64,000 nt of DNA, taken from the IMG/VR virus record IMGVR_UViG_3300028829_003504, positions 62,001 to 126,000 of that record; one strand, written 5' to 3'. The notes under the pieces were generated by a model. It saw only the letters and a list, made by a program, of their open reading frames with translations, searched no databases and had not been told where the DNA came from. Positions 56,135 to 64,000 of this stretch are shown one piece after another (positions within the stretch are counted from its first letter, which is position 1; every line of letters begins with the position of its first letter). A program made the translations under genes and the position numbers.

Positions 56135-58010
56135 TTCTTTTCATTGCATCCAACTCAGATTTTCTAGGCTTCTTAGAAGTCCTAGTGCGGTGAGTAAGAG
56201 GCGTTTGTTGATTAGCGGTAATCTCTCCCATCGCTCGTACTATGCTACCATTAGCTTGCTCGTTCGCAAGTTTCTGATTATAAATCCATTTCTTTTTGCC
56301 TGTACGAGTCTGACCCACAATCTCTGATTGCTCACCGAAGTCCCGACTAGCTAGAGATTGACGACCCTTTCCTGCTAGGACTCGGCTACGTGGACCTACT
56401 ACGGAGCTAAATGATTCCATGTCGTCGTCACCGCCACCACCATAAGTTTTCTTAAGATCTTTGAGACGTTTATCATACTCAAGAATCTGGCGCTGCATTG
56501 ACATATCTTCTTCTTGATTCATTAACAGAGTATCTAAGTTGAATCCACCTGCGGCAGCTAAAGCACGTAAAGGTACAGGTACGCCTAGCTCTTGCATACC
56601 TCGTAACATTTCCATTCTATTGGAATCTGCCTCTGGGCTAAGCTGCTTGCTCCAATGTATAGTAGGGATAAATAACTTACTGCCGTCTTGCATACGCCTT
56701 AGCTTATCTTCAATATCACCATCCATTAAACCTGTCTTGGTGATTATCTTACCCTTTCGGTTTATGGAGTAACCGTTCATCATAGATACAAGAGGGAATA
56801 CTTTGTTGTAGAATATGCGCCTAGTGAGACTATCACGGAAAGCTTTCATACTCTCGATGAATACAGTTAACGACCCTTCCATGTTGGCGTAGGTTGCCTC
56901 CCCTGACAGGAACGCCTCACTGATACCTAAAGCCCTAAGCTTGAACATAGAGGTTTGGTCCCATAAGTCAGTGACTTTCCAGAAGTCACCACCCTGCCTG
57001 AATTCATCTACCGATACACCTAAGCGTGTTGCTACGATAGCGCCCAACGGATCTAAATCCGCATTTTGGAATATATCAGTCATGAACTCTAATTCATCAA
57101 TGCTGGGTTCCCACTGGTCACCATCACCCATCTGTAAGTGCATGATACCACGCTGACGTTTACCACTTTCAACTAAAGTACCACGGAATAGATTCTTCTC
57201 TATTAGATAAATAGGAACTACTCGACGGTACCAAGAACTACCTTCCCCGAAGGAGAATGTTCTTCGAGGTAAATATATCGTACCTAGGGGGTCGAGCTCC
57301 AAGTTACCTGATTCCAACTTGTTTACAAAATCACTACCTAGTTTCTTCTTTAACATTTTAATACGAGGACTATCCATACTTAAAGTCTTGCGGACTTCAT
57401 CGGGTATCTTCATATTAATAATAGGGTCTTGTGAGTAGAAAGGAAGAGGACTAATTTCTGCGTTATCTAATCGGTGATTCATCATATCAATGAACCGCTT
57501 TTCGTTCTTACTGTATAGCATTGAACTTAAGTAAGATCCAGTAACTAGATGATCAGTTGTTATCTCAGGCATAGCCGTACGTAGATTTAACATCTCTACT
57601 GCTTCGCGGTAGGGTGCTAAGTACTTATCATCTGCACCCCCGATACTAAACTCACTAAAAGGTAAGGTAGCGTACATATCGGTAGCACTGCCACACACTG
57701 CGTCATGGTGGTATATGTCTCTATAGAGATTAAATAACATTTTGTCAGGATGGTCTAGATCGAAACCTTCCATTAACGGACTCATGTCAATGCCCAAGTC
57801 AACGCTACCTACCTGGATATTACCTGCAGAAGAGCCTTGCCCTGATGAGGTAGATCTGAATGATTTATTTTTAGTATTCGCTTGGTCTAAGTCTAATACC
57901 TTCTGTCTGACTCGAGGTGAAGAAGCACCTATGCGGGAATTCCCACCCAAAGCAATCTTACGCTTATCAGTTTCTGCCGCAGATTGTGCTGTACTACGCT
58001 TGAACTTCAT
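56124..58010 (-). CDS. probable portal protein
   Basis: 628 aa, next to TerL. YRDIYHHD.V.GSA.D.YA.LP and LRALGISEAFLSGEATYAN fit portal-type helices. Confidence 0.7.
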   Translation of the reverse strand: MKFKRSTAQSAAETDKRKIALGGNSRIGASSPRVRQKVLDLDQANTKNKSFRSTSSGQGSSAGNIQVGSVDLGIDMSPLMEGFDLDHPDKMLFNLYRDIYHHDAVCGSATDMYATLPFSEFSIGGADDKYLAPYREAVEMLNLRTAMPEITTDHLVTGSYLSSMLYSKNEKRFIDMMNHRLDNAEISPLPFYSQDPIINMKIPDEVRKTLSMDSPRIKMLKKKLGSDFVNKLESGNLELDPLGTIYLPRRTFSFGEGSSWYRRVVPIYLIEKNLFRGTLVESGKRQRGIMHLQMGDGDQWEPSIDELEFMTDIFQNADLDPLGAIVATRLGVSVDEFRQGGDFWKVTDLWDQTSMFKLRALGISEAFLSGEATYANMEGSLTVFIESMKAFRDSLTRRIFYNKVFPLVSMMNGYSINRKGKIITKTGLMDGDIEDKLRRMQDGSKLFIPTIHWSKQLSPEADSNRMEMLRGMQELGVPVPLRALAAAGGFNLDTLLMNQEEDMSMQRQILEYDKRLKDLKKTYGGGGDDDMESFSSVVGPRSRVLAGKGRQSLASRDFGEQSEIVGQTRTGKKKWIYNQKLANEQANGSIVRAMGEITANQQTPLTHRTRTSKKPRKSELDAMKRSGL

Positions 58011-58013
58011 AAA

Positions 58014-58232
58014 CTATTCCTTAATAGGAGAAGATACACGACAGCCGTTACACCATATTACATCTTCATCATTAATTATCTTAACAGGCTTCATAGCTCC
58101 ATGACACTTTGGACATTCGGCGTATTTACTCTCCATAGACGTACTTTCCATCTTAGGGTCTTTGTTACTTGATTCAGATGTATTTGTGTCTATATCTACA
58201 CTGTCGAGTGGATTGAAAAACTTATTAGTCAT
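58014..58232 (-). CDS. small zinc-ribbon protein
   Basis: CPKC...WCNGCRV; GGAG RBS. Confidence 0.7.
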   Translation of the reverse strand: MTNKFFNPLDSVDIDTNTSESSNKDPKMESTSMESKYAECPKCHGAMKPVKIINDEDVIWCNGCRVSSPIKE

Positions 58233-58269
58233 TTGTTATTCTCCGTATGTTGTACTACTAAATTATGAA

Positions 58270-61200
58270 CTACCTTTGTTTATTACCAAGGGACTTACTA
58301 GTACCTATTAAGCTCCTAGTATTATTCATCTTACCTGTAGATCCCTTAGACCCGTAAGAGGCTACTCCTAGTGCGGCTTTACTCTTACTACTTACTACTG
58401 AACCTTTTAAAATATCTATAAAATCTGGGTTAGTTAATCCCCACATACACAACACAGATGCTCTCCATATATCATCAGTAAGGTCATCCCCTTTAATGAC
58501 GGTCTTACCTGCATCCTGTACAGTCAACATTTGTAAGATAAAATGCTCTACTGGCATCCTTTCAAAACACATAGGGTATTCATCATGAGTACTTAAGGCT
58601 AAGATATCATCAAACTCTTGCTTAACGTGAGGTCTAGGTATAAGTATTTGTTGTTGTTGCATCCTGGTTTTAAAATCAACGAAGTCACTATACTTAAGGC
58701 TATACTGTTTCCACAAGTCAATATCCGTACTAATTTCAGCATCTTGCAGTAGCTTTATACTGTTCCATCTATCGGCTAATAGTATCTTTACATTTCGAGC
58801 CTCTATAAGAGGTATCATAATGTTTTCATATATCTTAGGATAATGTAGAGGTATGCTAGGTAATGGATTTATTTCAACGACAATATCAAGTACAGGTATT
58901 ACAACTTCTTCACCATTAACCTCTACTTTCTGCAAGCTGCCTATACTCAAGGCAAAACAGTTATTACTGTAGCCGGCATCGACTGCCATAACGGACTTGC
59001 CTTCGCAGGACTTAACTTTATCTACATAGCCCCATCGATACTTAGCTCCGTCTTTTGCTTTGTATATCTTGTAAGTGACGTTTGCAAAATTACGACCAGT
59101 CTTCTTTATAATACCTTTAACCAGTTCTTCCGACGTAATGAATGGGTTACTAGATAGTGGGGGTTGAGCTCCATAATCCCGCATCGCGGTACCGTGATCT
59201 TTTCGGAATTCATCGTCTAAATCGGCGCGCGTTACGTCGGGGTTCATTTCCCAAGTAGGCTTATGTAGACCTAGTAGTTTTTTACTGCCGTGTGACTGCC
59301 TGATTAATTCACATATCTTATCACGTTGCGAACTAGGTGAACTGATATTCATAAAGTAACCTGTTAAGGCTTCATCGTATTCGGAGGCTAACTGCCTGCG
59401 CTCACTGTTACGTACGGTACGTAACGAACGCTCAAGTGCAATGTAAACTTCCGAGCCGTTAATCTTAACCTTGCTGCTGTTCTTGTCATTGTCGAACCAG
59501 CCGATTTCATCAACCGAATTTGACACAAGCATGCCGCTTGCTTGGTATGCGTGTTCCGGAATGTTGACAGTCATATCATAGGTCTTAACCTTGATCTTAC
59601 TAGGTTTAACATATTCTATTTCTGAGGTAAATAAATCAAACTCCTTAGTAGGTTCGTAGTAGTCCTCATACATACTTTGCCCATCGGTGTCATAAGCAGT
59701 ACTATTGCGCCTAAAATCAAAACCTATGTGACTAACAAATATACGACTGAACTCTCGGCTCATATCAAGTCTATATAGAAAAACTTTCCTGTCACCGTAT
59801 TTATAATCAACCTTATGCCAATCACCCTTACTTCCGTATTTAGTTTTCTTAAAACTAGATGCTATCCTAAGTCTAAGCAAAAGTTGTTGGATCTGCTTTA
59901 TAAGCTCTTTACTTGTTGATCGGTAGTAAACAGTTTTTCGGCTAAGGAAGCCTCCATCACAATCGAACGCAGATCTAATGTAGGACATCGCACAGGATTC
60001 AGGTGCCTGTAAAATACTCCAAGGTACCTGCTTATATGCACTGTAGTCCGAAGTGCATCCTATTTTCTGTAAGAACTCTATAATAGGTCTGTGACTTATG
60101 GAGGCTCGATATACTTTCTTACCAAGACGTTTAGTTTGCAAATGTCTTGGAGCGATACCAAATGTCCGCACCACTTTATCACAGTAATCATTATACTTAT
60201 CTAAGTTAGTTGTATCGAATCTATATCCACGTTGACCTTTATCTTGCACATTACCGTCAGCAGTTAGATAACCTAAGATGCTTGCTAGGTCATCTGTCAT
60301 ACACTCAGGCAAAACAACATTTAGCCCATCGTGGGAACTATCAAGTATTAAGTCTGAAAGATTAAACTTGTCCGTGATATTGTAGTAACAACGTTCCATG
60401 CCCGTGTACATGACGCCTTTACGGTAGTGCCGTTCGATCATACCGCTACGTCTAAGTTGAGTCATTACCTTAGTAAGGGCTTTCGACCCGTTAGAGGCTT
60501 CTTTAATTTCTTTACGCGTAAAGTTTACAAGCTTAGCCATAGCAGCATAAACTATCTGCTTGCTAGATGATTGGGTTGGTTGCACCACAGTAAATTTCAA
60601 TTCGCGGCTAAACTCAGCACCTGTCGATATAACTACTCTATCAGTCTCTAGTAGATTCTTTAACTTAACTTTCTTGAACTTATTGTTACGGTAAACACAA
60701 ATCTTATGTTCAGGTGTAGCCTTTAACTCCTGTCCAGATTTAAGTTTGAGTCCCCATATTTCTTTTGTTCCCGTGCAGACATGTTTAGTTATCTCGCCGT
60801 AACTAGCTCCTACGTTTGTCCAACACCAACCTTCTTTAATCTTATCCATTCTAATAAGACCTTCACTAGTGCTTATCAGTTGATCTCCAGGTATACAACC
60901 AAATATACGTGTTCTACCACGAAGCGTTCGTTTATCAGGTCCTGCAGGATATACCATAAGACTACGGTGTCTGTAAAGTACGAATGTATCTTTTAACTTA
61001 AATATTTCATGGCCATACTTCTGCTCATAACGTCTAAGCAGTGCATGATATTTTTGAAACCAAGGGCTTTCACACAGGTACTGATAATATGGTTCCCATA
61101 AAGTATCTTTAGCCTGAGCATAGGTTAGAGCTACGAAAGTTCCGTGGAATACGGTGTTTGATTTAACCCTAAATAGCTGGGTGGGTTTTTGAGCTTTGAG

Positions 61201-61830
61201 TATACGGTGGGTAAGATAAGTACTTAACATTGCGACGAGGGCGGACTTACCAGAACGCTGTCCTGCGTTAACTGCGAGTTCATTGTAGAAGTTTAGTTCT
61301 TCGTCACGCATCATGTGAGAACGTCTAGCCTGGCACTTAGGACAAACACCATACTCTAACAGTACTACTCTGCGTTCGAATTCTACTAATCCGTCTTGAG
61401 GGTCGTGACCCCCATCATCCATCCACTCAAGGTCAGAACATCGGGCGCAATACTCTGAGAAAAGCTTAACGCCAATGAGTGCTTGCTCTAGGTACGGAGG
61501 CATATCTGAACCGAGGAATTCCTCGTTCGTGCACCAATCGTAATAGTTCTTTGCTTGGGACATGGAGCTATCGTCGATTTTTAAATCTCTAGGAACTATG
61601 TCCTTAGAATCGACTACTTCTGATATAACAGCGAAGAGGTCTCTCTCCTCGTTTGCATATTGCTTAGCAAGATCACTAGGTTCCCCTATCATAGCCATGT
61701 CTGTATTATTCGCTGAGACCTCTAAATCAGTCTCCTCGTCAGTCAGGCCTATAAGATCAGAAATCCCTGAAACTAGTCCAGGGTTTTTGTTTCTGACTGC
61801 AACAGGGGATGATCTCTTCTTACGAGCCAT
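58270..61830 (-). CDS. terL: terminase large subunit containing an intein
   Basis: Walker A AGQRSGKS, ALTYAQA, spliced Walker B RTRIFG|SVDEIGW, coupling ISSP and RNase H-like AVDAG...DDI nuclease motifs; N-terminal CxxC pairs. Confidence 0.9.
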   Translation of the reverse strand: MARKKRSSPVAVRNKNPGLVSGISDLIGLTDEETDLEVSANNTDMAMIGEPSDLAKQYANEERDLFAVISEVVDSKDIVPRDLKIDDSSMSQAKNYYDWCTNEEFLGSDMPPYLEQALIGVKLFSEYCARCSDLEWMDDGGHDPQDGLVEFERRVVLLEYGVCPKCQARRSHMMRDEELNFYNELAVNAGQRSGKSALVAMLSTYLTHRILKAQKPTQLFRVKSNTVFHGTFVALTYAQAKDTLWEPYYQYLCESPWFQKYHALLRRYEQKYGHEIFKLKDTFVLYRHRSLMVYPAGPDKRTLRGRTRIFGCIPGDQLISTSEGLIRMDKIKEGWCWTNVGASYGEITKHVCTGTKEIWGLKLKSGQELKATPEHKICVYRNNKFKKVKLKNLLETDRVVISTGAEFSRELKFTVVQPTQSSSKQIVYAAMAKLVNFTRKEIKEASNGSKALTKVMTQLRRSGMIERHYRKGVMYTGMERCYYNITDKFNLSDLILDSSHDGLNVVLPECMTDDLASILGYLTADGNVQDKGQRGYRFDTTNLDKYNDYCDKVVRTFGIAPRHLQTKRLGKKVYRASISHRPIIEFLQKIGCTSDYSAYKQVPWSILQAPESCAMSYIRSAFDCDGGFLSRKTVYYRSTSKELIKQIQQLLLRLRIASSFKKTKYGSKGDWHKVDYKYGDRKVFLYRLDMSREFSRIFVSHIGFDFRRNSTAYDTDGQSMYEDYYEPTKEFDLFTSEIEYVKPSKIKVKTYDMTVNIPEHAYQASGMLVSNSVDEIGWFDNDKNSSKVKINGSEVYIALERSLRTVRNSERRQLASEYDEALTGYFMNISSPSSQRDKICELIRQSHGSKKLLGLHKPTWEMNPDVTRADLDDEFRKDHGTAMRDYGAQPPLSSNPFITSEELVKGIIKKTGRNFANVTYKIYKAKDGAKYRWGYVDKVKSCEGKSVMAVDAGYSNNCFALSIGSLQKVEVNGEEVVIPVLDIVVEINPLPSIPLHYPKIYENIMIPLIEARNVKILLADRWNSIKLLQDAEISTDIDLWKQYSLKYSDFVDFKTRMQQQQILIPRPHVKQEFDDILALSTHDEYPMCFERMPVEHFILQMLTVQDAGKTVIKGDDLTDDIWRASVLCMWGLTNPDFIDILKGSVVSSKSKAALGVASYGSKGSTGKMNNTRSLIGTSKSLGNKQR
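59518..60897 (-). mobile_element. intein (460 aa) with LAGLIDADG homing endonuclease
   Basis: Starts CIPGDQLISTSEG; block B ATPEHK; LAGLIDADG-like LGYLTADG and SAFDCDG; ends TYDMTV...HAYQASGMLVSN, with +1 Ser. Confidence 0.92.
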
Positions 61831-62686
61831 CTATACCGTCCATTCGTCGTGGGTTAGAAAAACCCCTAGTAGTACCTAGAGGATTACCTTTATTTTGTTT
61901 ACCTGATTTAGTTCTCGCGTGTGCATTCTCTAGCTCAGACCTATACTTAGTAAACTGGGCGCTGTGCTTTGCCTGCTTTAAGTCCTTATCCGTGTTGGCG
62001 ATAATGTTGGCGATAAACTGCTCCAACATTAAGTGCTTCATCCGCTTAGATAAGTTTTTTTGTTTCTCTAAAAGATAACTAACTAAGTCTGCCTGAGTAA
62101 CAGCGTGTATATAAGACTCTAAGGAAGTATCAGGCTCGATGTCCGCACCGAAACAATCCCGCATAACGGCTTCCAAATGGGCATTAGCACTATCGCCAGC
62201 AAAAGCAAGAGGAGCATGAGAGGCTAACATTAACTCAGTCATTTCCTCAGTAATGGTTTTAGTGTTTTCTACAATATTTTCTATATAGTCTTCATCTACG
62301 TCGATGACATTACCGAAAGGTATAGAACTTTCGTCTATAGTAGGTACAGAAGATAGTATAGTAGGTACTAAGTGATTCCGATGCTCGACTTCAACGACTT
62401 CATCAGGTCCTATTAGTATACCTTCGTCGTCAAATTCGCCGTCGTCGTAAGACGGGACTACGCTCTCACCATCAAGGTCGCTGTCCCAAATAGGTTCATC
62501 ATAATCATCGACGTAGGCAGGTTCGATAACAACTCTATCAGTAACTGGGATAGCTTGGCTACCGTCTAATGTAGGTAATATGTAAACACCGCTAAGTCCA
62601 TCAGTAATGAACCCGTGTATTTCAGAGGAGGGGTTCGCCTCCCCTGAGCAAGCCCCGTAAACGGGATGCTCTAGGTTCTTTGTCAT
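61820..62686 (-). CDS. acidic hypothetical protein upstream of terL
   Basis: 288-aa ORF overlapping both neighbours; no recognisable motif. Confidence 0.65.
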   Translation of the reverse strand: MTKNLEHPVYGACSGEANPSSEIHGFITDGLSGVYILPTLDGSQAIPVTDRVVIEPAYVDDYDEPIWDSDLDGESVVPSYDDGEFDDEGILIGPDEVVEVEHRNHLVPTILSSVPTIDESSIPFGNVIDVDEDYIENIVENTKTITEEMTELMLASHAPLAFAGDSANAHLEAVMRDCFGADIEPDTSLESYIHAVTQADLVSYLLEKQKNLSKRMKHLMLEQFIANIIANTDKDLKQAKHSAQFTKYRSELENAHARTKSGKQNKGNPLGTTRGFSNPRRMDGIDGS

Positions 62687-64000
62687 TCTAGTGCGAAATC
62701 CTTCTTACGTTTCTTGCTTGATTTATCTTTAAGGGCTTTCTTACTACTTCCAATACGCTTACTACGTTTGAAGCCTTTACCTTTAACTTTTTTGGCATCA
62801 TCATTAAGGAGGGATCCATCTGAGTCGTTGTCGTCGTCATCGGAAGGATCAAGTCGCTTAGTTGAAGAGCCATCCATGTTGCTGACTCGCATTCTGTCAA
62901 ACTCCTCTTTCAAGTCAAACGGCATTAACTCACCGTCACGGTTCTTATCTACTTTAATGTGTAGGATTTTCTCAGCACGGACTTCCTCCTCAGAGTAGTT
63001 CCACTTCCACATAACGTCACAATGTTCTTTAATACCTTTAGAGTAACGTAGCTTACTTGAGGTATCATCCAATTGACAAAGTAGTATAACTAGAGTACCT
63101 GTCGCTACCGAAAAACGCTTACAGATTGCGGCAATCTCAGATAATTTACGCCATTGATTTTCGTCATCAACCCCGTCCAGTAGACTGATGTAATCCAAAC
63201 AGATTACCTTATAGTTAAACGGACGGACCATTGATAGTACCTCATCTATGGTCATAGACTTTGTAGGTGCAACTAAGCCAAACTGAGTACCAGCTTTCAA
63301 TTTAAGTGCATCCCACTCCAACATTTTACGCTCAAGCTCTTTCTTCTCGCGCTTAGATAATTTACCTTGCTTGATCTTCCAGAACGGAGCTCCTGTTACC
63401 ATAGCGATTAAGCGATTAGTCTCTTGCTCAATACTCATTTCCAATGTAATACGGACAGTACTTATCGAGTTTAAGTCATTTAGATTTGCCAGTAGATTGG
63501 TTGAAGTTACTGATTTACCTCCTGACGTTGTAGCTGCGATAATCATAACGCCTGACGTAGGGAGTCCGCCGCTGTGTTCATCAAAGTCCTTGTAGCCCGT
63601 CTTGTACATACGTTCGGCAGGAGAATAGAGAACCTTATTGAGGACTTTCTGCATGTTACCACGCAAACCAAAGTTATAGATAGTCTGATCTTCTGAGTAG
63701 TTGCGATTGGCGTGATTCATATCGTTCCCGATTTCCTCAAACACACTCTCAACGTCAACGGACTCTCCTTCTAAGGCCTCACTAATCTTTTTACCTATAT
63801 CGTATAGCGACCTAATCTTACGATACCCATCTAACTGCTCCACTAAGGCTTTCGTCGATCTCTTAGTCTTACAGGGTTTAACATCTGTTTCTTCAAACAG
63901 TTCTCGATACTCTTCACTCAGTCCAGGGTCTTGGAGAAGGTCTTCCCAATCCATAATCTGGGCTTTCTTCTGAGCTATCTTTTGAAAACGGCTAAGTGCT
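62683..64000 (-). CDS. DnaB-like replicative helicase (5' end beyond window)
   Basis: YKTGYKDFD...GGL, Walker A AATTSGGKS, TLEMS..Q, CLDYISL, LCQL and VDKNRDG. The frame stays open upstream of the ATG at 63954 to the window edge. Confidence 0.88.
   Translation of the reverse strand, partial: ALSRFQKIAQKKAQIMDWEDLLQDPGLSEEYRELFEETDVKPCKTKRSTKALVEQLDGYRKIRSLYDIGKKISEALEGESVDVESVFEEIGNDMNHANRNYSEDQTIYNFGLRGNMQKVLNKVLYSPAERMYKTGYKDFDEHSGGLPTSGVMIIAATTSGGKSVTSTNLLANLNDLNSISTVRITLEMSIEQETNRLIAMVTGAPFWKIKQGKLSKREKKELERKMLEWDALKLKAGTQFGLVAPTKSMTIDEVLSMVRPFNYKVICLDYISLLDGVDDENQWRKLSEIAAICKRFSVATGTLVILLCQLDDTSSKLRYSKGIKEHCDVMWKWNYSEEEVRAEKILHIKVDKNRDGELMPFDLKEEFDRMRVSNMDGSSTKRLDPSDDDDNDSDGSLLNDDAKKVKGKGFKRSKRIGSSKKALKDKSSKKRKKDFALE

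Noticed and set aside
61820-62686. Terminase small subunit call for the gene upstream of terL
   Set aside because: Only position supports it; no recognisable TerS motif, so it is left as hypothetical.
1-64000. tRNA genes, rRNA or genetic-code reassignment
   Set aside because: No cloverleaf signatures were noticed in the short intergenic gaps. Long genes are intact under the standard code and end in TAA, TAG or TGA.

Overview
This is a 64-kb segment of a large, AT-rich contractile-tailed (myovirus-type) phage genome, probably infecting a Gram-negative host. It has three blocks. (1) 1-9.7 kb, minus strand: small accessory genes, including a 2OG-Fe(II) oxygenase missing from the ORF track that runs off the left edge, and a stand-alone protein resembling a tail-sheath C-terminal domain. 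(2) 9.7-48.2 kb, plus strand: a virion/lysis region with PAAR spike, gp25-like, baseplate J/gp6-like and giant Ig-repeat wedge proteins; an extended fibre module (five collagen-like paralogues, Calx-beta proteins, a C-terminal Hint domain, a vWA-like domain, two further paralogue families); an embedded periplasmic/membrane four-gene cassette; and a lysis cassette. (3) 48.3-64 kb, minus strand: macrodomain protein, SspB-like ClpXP adaptor, 5'-3' exonuclease, probable portal, intein-containing large terminase and a DnaB-like helicase truncated by the right edge. The gene content recalls the 'hairy' jumbo myoviruses (Lu11/PaBG/Y3-like), which is an inference I did not check by search. The best candidate for an undescribed system is a fibre-assembly module: collagen chains with register-conserved cysteines, a GGG|C Hint autoprocessing domain, a Calx-beta domain split across two genes, and possibly a prolyl-4-hydroxylase-like enzyme. 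No CRISPR array, tRNA or reverse transcriptase was seen. All calls come from motif reading by eye.
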